This document shows, piece by piece, positions 37,431 through 47,395 of a stretch of 64,000 nt of DNA (the stretch's first letter is position 1; every line of letters starts with the position of its first letter). This DNA comes from Candidatus Poribacteria bacterium (GTDB lineage: Bacteria; Poribacteria; WGA-4E; PCPOR2b), in NCBI GenBank assembly GCA_965215015.1, contig OZ244042.1:1728001-1792000 (forward strand). Reading direction: 5' to 3'. A model generated the notes under the pieces. The model ran no database searches, had not been told where the DNA came from, and was given only the letters and a program-made list of their open reading frames with translations. The position numbers and the translations under genes were made by a program.

Positions 37431-38468
37431 CTATTTGCCTTCCAGTTCGGCACGGACAATACGCGTCCCAGCGACGAGATTTTGCAGCTTCAAACAGCAC
37501 ACCCAGCGTGGAAGTTGAAAGAAGCCACAGTCAGGTGAAAGACTCAATCGTTCGGGAGGACAGTGCTGTAACACTTGGCGGATGCGGTTGGCGACTTCTT
37601 CGGGGGGCTCATTCCAAAAACTCTTGATGTCCACAACACCCGCCATAAAGTCGAACTGTCCCTCAAATCTGCTGTAGATGTCGTGTTCAACCATTTCGCG
37701 ATTGGCGAATTCCATCGACAGACAATTGACATTCATCTCCAGCAACGCAGGGAACATCCAGTCGTACCGACGCTTACCACGGGGACGGGACCCCAAATTG
37801 CCGAAGCAGATGTGCAGATTCTTGTCCACCGAGACTCCATCAAGAGCGCGGTTGAGCAGTGCTACCCAATCTTCGAGTTTGCCCGGGATGATTCCGAAGC
37901 TCGGTTCGTCAAGTTGGACTTCGGTACACCCTTCTGCCTCAAGGGCTTTCAATTCCTGGTTGATAACCTCAGCAAATTCCCAGCCAAGTTCGACGCGATC
38001 TTTGTACGGATCGTTTTCCCGGATTTGGATGTGCATGGTCAGCGTCAGGGGACCTGGACAACACGCCTTAATCCGTTGCCCTTCGCCGGCATTTGCCTTC
38101 AGAAACCGAAATTCATCTAAGATACCTAAACCTTCCGGGACACGCACCTGATCCTCAATATAGTAGCGGGGGACACTATCGTACGCATACAGTCCAGTTT
38201 GGCGGAGTACCGGCCGTTCACGTAATCCTTCCATGCGTCCGTAGAAATTTTGCACGAAGTACCAGCGGCGCATTTCACCGTCCGTGATGATGTCGATCCC
38301 AGCTTCCTTCTGATCCCAGATTGCTAACCGGACAGCGTCATCATAAACCTCTCTTTCGTCGGTGGGTCCATACTCGCCGCGTTTTTGTGCCTCCATGGCT
38401 GTCCAAAACCAGCCCGGCAGCGCATGGGAACCAATCACCGTAGTAGGAAGCAATTGTTCGTATGGCAT
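37431..38468 (-). CDS. Cobalamin-independent methionine synthase II family protein (single-barrel MetE-like)
   Basis: TTVIGS, TDGEMRR, QLDEP, Zn ligands HIC and PDCG; RBS AGAGGAG before ATG 38468. Confidence 0.9.
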   Translation of the reverse strand: MPYEQLLPTTVIGSHALPGWFWTAMEAQKRGEYGPTDEREVYDDAVRLAIWDQKEAGIDIITDGEMRRWYFVQNFYGRMEGLRERPVLRQTGLYAYDSVPRYYIEDQVRVPEGLGILDEFRFLKANAGEGQRIKACCPGPLTLTMHIQIRENDPYKDRVELGWEFAEVINQELKALEAEGCTEVQLDEPSFGIIPGKLEDWVALLNRALDGVSVDKNLHICFGNLGSRPRGKRRYDWMFPALLEMNVNCLSMEFANREMVEHDIYSRFEGQFDFMAGVVDIKSFWNEPPEEVANRIRQVLQHCPPERLSLSPDCGFFQLPRWVCCLKLQNLVAGTRIVRAELEGK

Positions 38469-38480
38469 GAGTTCTCCTCT

Positions 38481-38820
38481 TTGACGTACTCCCACCCCTA
38501 AAGGATTGGGATTCTAGGATTGTTAGCGTGCCGCTAACAAGCGTCCCATTCCTATAAGAGGCGAATTGTGGTATCAACGGCACTTGCGAAGGGATTTGTC
38601 AACCTTCAGGTTATAAACCAGAAGGTTATAAATCCTTAACACGCTCCTGTCGGAGTATGGGAAAACCGTTGCGGAGTTTACCCCGGCTAACCGTTTTCAG
38701 CAGTACCACCGTCTCTATCTAAATGGGTTGAAACCTCAAACGTTTTTTTGCAAAAAAAACGCTAAGGCGCGTGGGTGTATCCCCAAGACTTATCTTTGGG
38801 ATACACCCCTAAAGGATTTT
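38481..38820 (-). mobile_element. Non-autonomous IS200/IS605 mini-element carrying a ~240-nt omega/right-end RNA-like scaffold
   Basis: Minus strand ends AGAATCCCAATCCTTTAGGGGTGGGAGTACGTCAA (hairpin + TCAA); 15-bp CACCCCTAAAGGATT repeated at 38493 and 38804; several internal hairpins; no ORF. Confidence 0.7.
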
Positions 38821-38884
38821 TAATAGATTAAGTAAAGCTTAACGTGTCTAAGGTGTATAGTGAGTCTTAGAATTGCTGCTGCTA

Positions 38885-38921
38885 ACTTTAGCATACTTTA
38901 GCACACTTTAGCAACACTTTA
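38885..38921. repeat. Short tandem ACTTTAGCA repeats
   Basis: ACTTTAGCAT-ACTTTAGCAC-ACTTTAGCAAC-ACTTTA. Confidence 0.7.
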
Positions 38922-38945
38922 TCATGGCTGCCCATCAATTATCCC

Positions 38946-38974
38946 TTGACAATATCGCCGGATTAAGATAAATT
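38946..38974 (+). promoter_or_regulatory. Sigma-70 promoter candidate
   Basis: TTGACA-17 nt-TAAATT. Confidence 0.55.
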
Positions 38975-39052
38975 GTTCGCTGTTTACAAGGAAATTCATC
39001 CTTATAATTCAAAAGCCTGTCATCATTGGCGGGAAAATTGCTGGAGGATTTT

Positions 39053-39808
39053 ATGAAATTTGTTCGATACCAATCTGGTGGAAATGTCAGTTACGGGACG
39101 CTTTCGGGCGGCACCATTAACGAAATAGATGGCGACCCGATCACCGGATATAGTGAAACAGGGAATACGGTCCCATTAGGAGATGTAAAACTGCTTGCGC
39201 CGGTCACGCCGGGGAAAGTGCTAGCGGTTGGGCTAAATTATAGAAGCCATCTCGGCGGTGAGCCGGAGCCAGCCAATCCGGAGATTTTCATCAAGACACC
39301 TACTTGCCTAAACGATCCGGAAGGAAACATTGTGCTGCCGGCTGGTGACGATAACGTTCACGCAGAGGGCGAATTGGTCGTCGTTATCAAGAATCGCACG
39401 AAAGGGGCGACCCCCGAAGGAGCCGCCGCGAACATCTTAGGTGTCACCTGCGGCAACGATGTAAGTGCCCGAACATGGCAAAGCAACGACATGCAATGGT
39501 GGCGTGCGAAAGCCTCTGATACATTCGGCCCCGTCGGTCCCGCCATTGTGACCGATCTCAACTATAACGCACTCCAATTGGAGACACGAATCAACGGTGA
39601 GGTTGTGCAGTCGCAGACCACCGCCGATCTGATTTTCCCCGTGGAAGCAGTTGTCAGCTTTGTCTCACAGGCGATGACGCTTGAACCGGGAGATGTTATC
39701 TTCACCGGAACCCCCGGAACAACATCTGCCTTGAGAGCCGGGGATGTGGTCGAGGTAGAGCTTGAAGATATTGGTGTCCTGAAAAACACTGTCGTTGATG
39801 CGACCTAA
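39053..39808 (+). CDS. Fumarylacetoacetate hydrolase family protein
   Basis: VGLNYRSH, EGELVVVI, NDVSAR, AKASDTF, TGTPG; GGAGG RBS before ATG 39053. Confidence 0.93.
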   Translation: MKFVRYQSGGNVSYGTLSGGTINEIDGDPITGYSETGNTVPLGDVKLLAPVTPGKVLAVGLNYRSHLGGEPEPANPEIFIKTPTCLNDPEGNIVLPAGDDNVHAEGELVVVIKNRTKGATPEGAAANILGVTCGNDVSARTWQSNDMQWWRAKASDTFGPVGPAIVTDLNYNALQLETRINGEVVQSQTTADLIFPVEAVVSFVSQAMTLEPGDVIFTGTPGTTSALRAGDVVEVELEDIGVLKNTVVDAT

Positions 39809-39917
39809 GCCGATGTATAAATCAAAAAGCGTAAGGGGCGATTAAGAGAGAAGCGAGTCGATCCACATATTCCCGTAATTTGGTCGGACCTGTCAACCCA
39901 AATTCAAGGATTGAACG

Positions 39918-40463
39918 GTGCCAATTATGAACAACCTGAATCAGGCAAATCCTTATTTTAGTTTTCATGACGATTTTTTCCCGGTGAAGATACTCGCCGG
40001 CAACTATGTTTTTGAGCGATTTGCACCACAGCGGACGAGTATCATCTTTGGAGTAACAGAATTGCCGTGGGCCGTCGCCGCTTATCGGATCGATCGGCTT
40101 ATTGTACAGCTAGAGCCAAATCTTGACGAAGCGGATGCAATTGCTATTGAAGATTCAGGAAAAGCACGACTTGTCCGTGATAATGCTGTTGTCTACGAGT
40201 TAGATTGCATCATTCCGCCAGACATTACCGGGCTGCACTCCAATTTCTTCTACCGTTGCCCCGAATGCAATGGGCATATCTACGAATGTACCCATCTCCG
40301 AATCGCTCATCGGGAGGAACCTAAACCGTCGCCCTTACCGTCTGTCACCCCGGAGGACACCGTCTGTCCTATCTGTGGCGGTAAAATCCAGCACCTCGCA
40401 CCGGGGATAAGCTTTTGTCTCGACTGCGATTGGGATTATGGCTTGGAACCAATTACCCGATAA
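39918..40463 (+). CDS. Hypothetical protein with Cys-rich Zn-binding motifs
   Basis: CPEC...CTH and CPIC...CLDC. Confidence 0.6.
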   Translation: MPIMNNLNQANPYFSFHDDFFPVKILAGNYVFERFAPQRTSIIFGVTELPWAVAAYRIDRLIVQLEPNLDEADAIAIEDSGKARLVRDNAVVYELDCIIPPDITGLHSNFFYRCPECNGHIYECTHLRIAHREEPKPSPLPSVTPEDTVCPICGGKIQHLAPGISFCLDCDWDYGLEPITR

Positions 40464-40506
40464 AATGGCTGACAATCAATTGGTAAAACGGAGGGCATTA
40501 GCTGTT

Positions 40507-41598
40507 ATGAAAATCGCTCGTATCAAACTCTATATCGTCAACGTACCTGAACGAAAATGGTGGTGGTCTGATGACTGCTATGGTCAGCCAGCACACCAAC
40601 GATCGGAGCACGGCATTGCGGAAGTCGAAACTAGCGAAGGACTAATAGGCCTCACCCAGATAGGGCGTGCGACTCCGATGGCAACTATCGAGGAAACGCT
40701 AAACGACTGGTTGGGACAGGATGTTCTGGAGGTCAACTTCGCTGTGCCGACAGCCCCAATGGTGGGTGCTTTTGAACAGGCAATACTCGATCTGCGCGGT
40801 CAGGCACTCGGTGTTCCAATCTGGAGTTTGCTTGGTGGTAGGCTCCGAGATCGCATCTTTGTCACCCAATGCACCGGCTACAAGACGCCGCAACATACAG
40901 CAGAGGACGCACAGTGGGGCTGGGAACACGGTTTTCGTGCTTATAAGATGAAGTGCATCACTAGCAGAGAAACGACGCCGGAGGAACGCATCCGCTATGT
41001 CGTTGATCGCATCGAGGCCATCCACAAAGTTCTACCGGATATGGCAGTCCGTCCCGATATTCGCTGGCGGCTTCAAGAGGTCTGGGTGGCTCAAGAACTT
41101 GCCCGCCGTTTGCGGGGGCACCGGGTGGAGAGTCTAGAAAGTCCAATAACTAAACGCGCGGCGGGCGGCACCTTTTCTGAATGGCGCCGTCTGCGGCAGA
41201 CCATCCACCTCCCTGTGGGAGACCACGTCTATAACAGCGAAGACCTCATCCAGCGGTTTCAGGCGGAGGCACTTGATTACGCGATTATTAGTGGTCAGAC
41301 TGCTTTTGAAGCAATTAACCACTCACGTCTCGCTCATGAACTGGGTATGGATGGCTGGTCCCAAACGGTGGCGTACGGACCGGGAGCGGCTATGGGGTTG
41401 CATGTGGCTGCCTGCATGCCCCACCTGACTCAGCCTTACGATATGGTTGGACCGATGGCTTGGGAAAACACTCTAGTCAATGAAGACTTCCCGTTTGAAG
41501 ATGGTTGTTTTCTGGTGCCGGATCGCCCTGGATTGGGATATACCCTGAATCACGACGCGGTTAAAAAGTATCTGGTTGCTAATCGGGTTTTTGAATGA
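40507..41598 (+). CDS. Mandelate racemase/muconate lactonizing enzyme family protein
   Basis: AILDLRGQALGVPIWSLLGG, KMK, PDRPGLG; start moved to MKIARI. Confidence 0.88.
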   Translation: MKIARIKLYIVNVPERKWWWSDDCYGQPAHQRSEHGIAEVETSEGLIGLTQIGRATPMATIEETLNDWLGQDVLEVNFAVPTAPMVGAFEQAILDLRGQALGVPIWSLLGGRLRDRIFVTQCTGYKTPQHTAEDAQWGWEHGFRAYKMKCITSRETTPEERIRYVVDRIEAIHKVLPDMAVRPDIRWRLQEVWVAQELARRLRGHRVESLESPITKRAAGGTFSEWRRLRQTIHLPVGDHVYNSEDLIQRFQAEALDYAIISGQTAFEAINHSRLAHELGMDGWSQTVAYGPGAAMGLHVAACMPHLTQPYDMVGPMAWENTLVNEDFPFEDGCFLVPDRPGLGYTLNHDAVKKYLVANRVFE

Positions 41599-41663
41599 AC
41601 TATTTCCACAACTCACCTCATCTGAAAACAGCAGCCCCCTAGACATAAAAAGAAAGCCTATCA

Positions 41664-44600
41664 ATGAAATTCGATAAAAAAACTGGAAGTAGAAATCTCC
41701 CATATGTGCGGCAGCCCTCCCTCTCACCGGACGGGAGCAAAATGGCTTTCTGTTATGCGGGGGATGTTTGGATTGTCCCCGCAGGCGGCGGACAGGCAAG
41801 CCGTATAACATCACACGCAAGCAACGATTCACATCCAATCTTCTCTCCCGATGGAACGCAATTGGCGTTTGCATCTCAGCGCACAGGTGGTGGAAATATT
41901 TACGCTATTTCCCTCCAATCGAACCATCCACCGAAGCGCCTGACCTACCACAATGAATCCGTTCCACCGGCTTGCTGGTCCCCGGATGGGCAATGGCTCT
42001 ACTTTACCTCCGATTATGATGGACTTCGAGGGGCGATTTATAAGGTTTATACAGAAGGAGGCACACCAATCCAAGTCACTGGCGATCCGCGGGAAACGTA
42101 CTACCATTTAGCAATCTCGCCCGATGGAAAGATGTTAGCTTTTAACAATAACGGGTCCCCATGGTGGCGACGTGGACAGCACCCCTCCGGGCATTCCGAC
42201 ATCTGGATAGTCAGTGAAGCAGTTGGAGCGAATGACCACCGCCGATTGACGCAATATCTTGGTAAAAATCTGAGACCGATGTGGAAGGCTGAGGGCACTG
42301 GACTTTACTACCTGAGTGACCGCGACGGTCAAGAAAACATCTGGTATATGACACTAAAAGGCGATGCGGAGACTGAACAGCTCACTCACTTTGTCGACGG
42401 ACGGGTGCTGCGTCCATCCATCTCGGCGGATGGGAAGTGGATTGCTTTTGAACGCGATTTTCAGATCTGGCGACTGAACCTTGAAAGCCGCGTGTCTGAG
42501 CCGGTGGAGATTATTCTTCAGACTGACGAAAAATCGAATCCAATCCGACATCATAGCTACACCTCAGGCATCAACGAATTTGAACTTGCTCCTGATGGCA
42601 AGAAGGTCGGCTTTATTGTTCATGGCGAGGTCTTTGCGGATTTGGCGGACAAAGGGGATAAGGTCAAAAAGGGAGGGGATTCGTTTAAGGTTACAGACAC
42701 CCCTTCCCGCGAAAGCCAGCTGCGGTGGCATCCTGAAAGCGACCGTGTGGTGTACATCTCGGATCGGACAGGGCACAACGAGGTCTTTCAATATCGCTTC
42801 AAAGAACGGGTGGAAACCCAACTGACGGATTCACCGGAGCAGAAATACACGCCAAAGTTCTCACCCGATGGGAAGTGGCTTGCTTATATTCAAGTCTCCG
42901 TGAATCCTGATACAAGGGGGAGTGCTGGCGAAATCTGGTTGATAGATACAGAAACCGAGGAGAAGCGATCTTTTATTACCAATCAGAATTTTATAGGAGT
43001 GCCTCAACCAACAGAGTTTGGGTGGTCCCCGGATAGCCAGTGGTTAGCTTTTATCGCAACGGATACCAATTTCTTCAGCAACCTCCATGTTCAGCATATT
43101 GAAGCGGATACTCCCAAGCAACTGACCTTTTTGAGCAACATTAGCACGGATGACATCCTCTGGTCTCCGGACGGAAAATTTATCATATTTAATACGGGAC
43201 AGTACCGCACTGAGTCACAAATTGCGCGGCTAGATCTAAGGCCGATTCGACCGGTCTTTAAGGAGGATGATTTTGATCGATTATTTCAGGTCAAAGACTC
43301 TCGGGATGGAGAGAAAAAACAGGACAAGCCGCAGCCGCCTGAAGCAGAGTCCAATGAAGAAGAAGAAGCCGATTCACGCCCCGAAAACTCGGATGAATCA
43401 GAAAACGAACAGGACGCTGAGGGCAAAAAGGCGAAAAATAAAAAGATTGAGCCGGTTGAGATTGAGTTTGAAGGGATAAAACACCGGCTCCGTTTCCTCA
43501 CTGATTTCAAGCTGAATGCCGTAGCTGAAAGTATTCATCCCAACAGCAAAACCCTCATCTTCCGCGCTGCCATGACCGGACAGTCGAATCTGTGGAGCCT
43601 GTCACTTGAGGAGGATAAGCGCGATGAGCTTCCCAAGCAATTGACAGGGACGGCCAGCGGGAAAGGTAACGTGCATTTTATACCGAATGGCAAAAGGTTC
43701 TATTATACCGATGGAGGACGCATCCATTCTGTGGGGATGGGTGAAGATGGCGCAAAGGAGGGAGATACAAGGGCGTTGGATACAAAGGCAGAGGTCCAAG
43801 TCAACTTTCATCTCGAAAAGATGCAAGCCTTCGACGAAGCGTGGCGGTTAATTCGAGATGGATTTTATGACCCACAATTCCACGGTTGTGATTGGGAACA
43901 GATACACCAGACGTTTCGTCCGATGGTGGAAGGGGTACAAACTCAGGCGGATTTTCGTGAACTTTTGAATCTTATGGTTGGGGAGTTGAACGCCTCCCAT
44001 CTCGGTGCCGGGGGGCGGACTGACAACGCGCCGGATAGCTTTCTCGGTGTGGATTTCGATCGGGAGGCGTTGGAACGGGATGGGCATTTCAAGATTTCGG
44101 AGATCATCCCCGAATCTCCACTAACGCTTATAGCAGAACCTGCACAGGTTGGGAAGTATTTGGTCGCGGTTGATGGCGTGATTCTCAACCGGCAGGCCAA
44201 CCTACCTGCGCTACTCCAGCGAAAACAAGGGAAACGGGTAATTGTAAAACTCAACGATAAACCCCAGCTTGAGGATGCCCGCGAATTCACCGTCCAACCT
44301 ATTGACAGTGGTCAGCACCGAAACCTCCGTTACAAGGAATGGGTACATTGGAATGAGACATACGTCCACAAAAAAAGTAATCGACGGCTTGGATATGTTC
44401 ACATCCGTGAGATGTCTTACGAAGCTTACCTCCAATTCATCGCTGACCTTGATACTGAAACCCACGACAGGGAGGGGGTTGTGCTCGATGTTCGATTTAA
44501 CCCCGGTGGACATATCGCCCCTTTCATCCTCGATGTTTTGCACCGTAGAGCCTATACTCAATCGAATTATCGCGGTCTAATCAGTACAACAGATACAAAC

Positions 44601-44963
44601 CTCGCAGGCAATCGCATCTTGGAGCAGCCTGTTATTCTTATCACCAATGAACACTCTGGGAGCAATGCGGAGATGTTCAGCGAAGGTTTCCGAAAATTGG
44701 GACTTGGTAAAGTCGTCGGTATGCCTACGGCCGGTGCGGTCATCTGGACCTGGGGTTGGGGTCTACTTGATGGCACAAGCTTCCGTTTACCCCGGTTGAG
44801 GGTCACAACCTTGGACGGTGAGAATACGGAAGGCACCGCCCGTCCGGTTGACGTTCAAGTTGACCGCCCGCTTGGCGAGGCTGCACAGGGGATAGACAGT
44901 CAACTTGACGTTGCTGTTGAGCAATTACTGGCACAGATTGATCGAAATAGTGGGGATACGTAG
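41664..44963 (+). CDS. Tricorn-like S41 protease
   Basis: PD40/WSPDG propeller repeats, GELNASH, PDZ, DVRFNPGG, catalytic SGSNAE. Confidence 0.93.
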   Translation: MKFDKKTGSRNLPYVRQPSLSPDGSKMAFCYAGDVWIVPAGGGQASRITSHASNDSHPIFSPDGTQLAFASQRTGGGNIYAISLQSNHPPKRLTYHNESVPPACWSPDGQWLYFTSDYDGLRGAIYKVYTEGGTPIQVTGDPRETYYHLAISPDGKMLAFNNNGSPWWRRGQHPSGHSDIWIVSEAVGANDHRRLTQYLGKNLRPMWKAEGTGLYYLSDRDGQENIWYMTLKGDAETEQLTHFVDGRVLRPSISADGKWIAFERDFQIWRLNLESRVSEPVEIILQTDEKSNPIRHHSYTSGINEFELAPDGKKVGFIVHGEVFADLADKGDKVKKGGDSFKVTDTPSRESQLRWHPESDRVVYISDRTGHNEVFQYRFKERVETQLTDSPEQKYTPKFSPDGKWLAYIQVSVNPDTRGSAGEIWLIDTETEEKRSFITNQNFIGVPQPTEFGWSPDSQWLAFIATDTNFFSNLHVQHIEADTPKQLTFLSNISTDDILWSPDGKFIIFNTGQYRTESQIARLDLRPIRPVFKEDDFDRLFQVKDSRDGEKKQDKPQPPEAESNEEEEADSRPENSDESENEQDAEGKKAKNKKIEPVEIEFEGIKHRLRFLTDFKLNAVAESIHPNSKTLIFRAAMTGQSNLWSLSLEEDKRDELPKQLTGTASGKGNVHFIPNGKRFYYTDGGRIHSVGMGEDGAKEGDTRALDTKAEVQVNFHLEKMQAFDEAWRLIRDGFYDPQFHGCDWEQIHQTFRPMVEGVQTQADFRELLNLMVGELNASHLGAGGRTDNAPDSFLGVDFDREALERDGHFKISEIIPESPLTLIAEPAQVGKYLVAVDGVILNRQANLPALLQRKQGKRVIVKLNDKPQLEDAREFTVQPIDSGQHRNLRYKEWVHWNETYVHKKSNRRLGYVHIREMSYEAYLQFIADLDTETHDREGVVLDVRFNPGGHIAPFILDVLHRRAYTQSNYRGLISTTDTNLAGNRILEQPVILITNEHSGSNAEMFSEGFRKLGLGKVVGMPTAGAVIWTWGWGLLDGTSFRLPRLRVTTLDGENTEGTARPVDVQVDRPLGEAAQGIDSQLDVAVEQLLAQIDRNSGDT

Positions 44964-45046
44964 AGGCAGCCTCAGGTGCTGTTGGTTCGTCCGAGACTTA
45001 CAGTAGGGAACGCGGATCTGTGTTCCCTACCGCCGGGCATACTTTC

Positions 45047-45805
45047 CTATCCGAGCGTCTTCCAAACTAGCCCAGTTGCAGACGCCAGCACCGCGAAGAC
45101 AAGAACGACCCGAATCCATTTATCCCCTTTGGCAACCGCCCAATGACTGCCGATCCAAGCCCCTGTGGCATTTCCAACAGCAAGCGTCAGTCCAAGAGGC
45201 CAATCCACATATCTAATGAAGGCAATTAGTGCGATGATGGTGTAAAAGAATATCACAAACACCTTGATTGCATTGGTACGAGCCAGATCGAAACCGTTTG
45301 TCAGCGTCAGGGATGCGATGACGATGAACCCCACTCCTGCCTGAATGAAACCGCCGTAAACACCTACTAAAAAAAAGACGAGCACCCCGATGATTTTGCG
45401 GAATAGGCTGAGATTTTCAGTTTCACCTTGCAACTTCTTAGGTGGATTAAAAAGGGTCAAAAGTAGCACCGCAATCATGATGCCAGCGAGCACGCGGTTG
45501 AAGATAACTTCATCCGTCTCAATGGCAATTTGCGCGCCGAACCATGCCCCGACAAGTGCAGGCAGGGTAAGGAGTGCACTATAGCCAAAATCAGAAACAC
45601 CTTTGCGGCGGAACCCCATAATTGCACTGGCATTTTGCACGAATACCGCGACTCTGTTGGTGCCATTTGCTGATGTCGCTGGGGGTAAGCCGAGAAAAAT
45701 TAGAACAGGAAGGGTGAGTAATGAACCCCCGCCGGCAACGGTGTTGAGAAAGCCGGCGCAGACACCGGTGACGAGAATTAACGGGATTGCCCAAAGATTT
45801 TCCAT
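45047..45805 (-). CDS. TauE/SafE (sulfite exporter) family membrane protein
   Basis: AGFLNTVAGGGSLL, ANGTNR, YGGFIQAGVG. Confidence 0.9.
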   Translation of the reverse strand: MENLWAIPLILVTGVCAGFLNTVAGGGSLLTLPVLIFLGLPPATSANGTNRVAVFVQNASAIMGFRRKGVSDFGYSALLTLPALVGAWFGAQIAIETDEVIFNRVLAGIMIAVLLLTLFNPPKKLQGETENLSLFRKIIGVLVFFLVGVYGGFIQAGVGFIVIASLTLTNGFDLARTNAIKVFVIFFYTIIALIAFIRYVDWPLGLTLAVGNATGAWIGSHWAVAKGDKWIRVVLVFAVLASATGLVWKTLG

Positions 45806-46217
45806 ATTGTTTTTGCAGCTTCTTGTTGGTTGGATTGAAAGATTACAACCAAGATTATATCAGCTTCTAACCAGTTTATCCAGCGGAAAACTGGGAATAC
45901 TCGGTAGAATAGGGCTTTTTGACCGATTTTGGCGGGTAAAAGGTCGCAGACATATAGTAGTAGGCATACTCCGTATGCCGTATTGGTACAGAACTGTTGA
46001 CATCTGACAAGCGGTATGTCGGGATTTGGAAATCCCTCCTACTAAAGAACTAAATGCCTCTAACGGCAGAAATTGTACAGGTTGACTTATTCAGGGATAG
46101 TGTGCTAAATTAGGGAGGTCTATTCTGGATTCACCCATTCAGGGTTAGCGGAGGTAAGATGTCCTTACTCAGCGGCCCCTCACTAATTCGTTGTTTTCAG
46201 AGCAGGAGGAGAGTATT

Positions 46218-46688
46218 ATGTTAGCCGTTAAAGAACTGGGTCATGTAGGAATCTACTGCACCGACCTGCAACGTTCCAAAGATTTTTACACACGCCTCTT
46301 GGGACTCACAGTTACCGACGAAGACCCTGACGGTAACATCACCTTCCTCAGTGCACAGCCAGAGGAGGAACACCATGAAGTCGCGCTCTGCCCGGGCAGG
46401 GATGTACCAGCGGGGGCAAAGGTTATTCAACAGGTCTCCTTCATCGTGGAAGATCTGCCAACCCTGAAGCAGTTTTATCATCGACTGAAGCAGGAGGGGG
46501 TGCGCTTCCGCAGTATTGTTAGTCACGGTATCGCCCTTGCCATTTACTGCTACGATCCTGATGACAATGTTGTTGAGATCTATGCCAAAACACCGTACAA
46601 GATAGCGCAACCGCTCTCTGAGCCGGTAGATCTCGAGTTGTCAGACGAAGAGTTGCTCGCCATCGCTGAAGGGGGTAAACAGGCGTAG
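46218..46688 (+). CDS. VOC/glyoxalase family protein
   Basis: LGHVGI, FYTRLLGL, HHEVAL, YDPDDNVVEI; GGAGG RBS. Confidence 0.9.
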   Translation: MLAVKELGHVGIYCTDLQRSKDFYTRLLGLTVTDEDPDGNITFLSAQPEEEHHEVALCPGRDVPAGAKVIQQVSFIVEDLPTLKQFYHRLKQEGVRFRSIVSHGIALAIYCYDPDDNVVEIYAKTPYKIAQPLSEPVDLELSDEELLAIAEGGKQA

Positions 46689-46712
46689 CAACGTTACACA
46701 AAGGAGGATGTC

Positions 46713-47315
46713 ATGAGCTTAGAATATTCATCGACAATTGCAAGTATTGTAAAGAAACTAGAAACTCGCAATCCGCTACCACCGCTCGCCCCAAGCGAAG
46801 AGTGGGACCGTGAACTCACCCATCAAATTAAAGATATTTCACTGGAAAAGCTCTTTGATGGGCAATTCATTAACGATTCAACAATGGGATACGCTATGCA
46901 GAGTGGATTGCTGCTCTGGAACGATGCGCTTGATGCGTCACACACAATCTCCCAAGGCATCGAAAGCGAAACGGGTAGCTATTGGCACGGTATTATGCAC
47001 CGCCGCGAGCCGGACTATAGCAACGCAAAGTACTGGTTTAGGCGCGTTGGGAGCCATCCCACCTTTGCCGTACTCCGCGAACAAGCGTTAGTGCTGCTTC
47101 AATCAGGTTCAACCGAATCAGATTCGCTCACAAGTTATGCCAAGGCAATTGAGCAAACAGATGACTGGGACGCTTTCCGGTTCGTTGACTGGTGTCGGGC
47201 TGCAGATGAGAATAGGTCAACGCCGGAAGCCGTGAAAGCGTTTTTACAAACTGTACAAGTTGAAGAGATTAAACTGTTACTGAATTACTCCTACCAGGGA
47301 GCACTCACCCAATAA
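46713..47315 (+). CDS. Conserved hypothetical protein
   Basis: AGGAGG RBS; SHTISQ...[20 protein letters not shown] conserved-looking motif. Confidence 0.8.
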   Translation: MSLEYSSTIASIVKKLETRNPLPPLAPSEEWDRELTHQIKDISLEKLFDGQFINDSTMGYAMQSGLLLWNDALDASHTISQGIESETGSYWHGIMHRREPDYSNAKYWFRRVGSHPTFAVLREQALVLLQSGSTESDSLTSYAKAIEQTDDWDAFRFVDWCRAADENRSTPEAVKAFLQTVQVEEIKLLLNYSYQGALTQ

Positions 47316-47395
47316 GAGTGATGCAGTTACACTATGCTATTGGAATGAAGTAGGACAGGTCCCATACCTAATCAAACCGAACAGGAGATATTACC

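Noticed and set aside
38481-38820. SAM or cobalamin riboswitch upstream of the metE-like gene
   Set aside because: I could not find SAM-I or B12-box consensus motifs; the ends fit IS200/IS605 better. A cmscan run would settle it.
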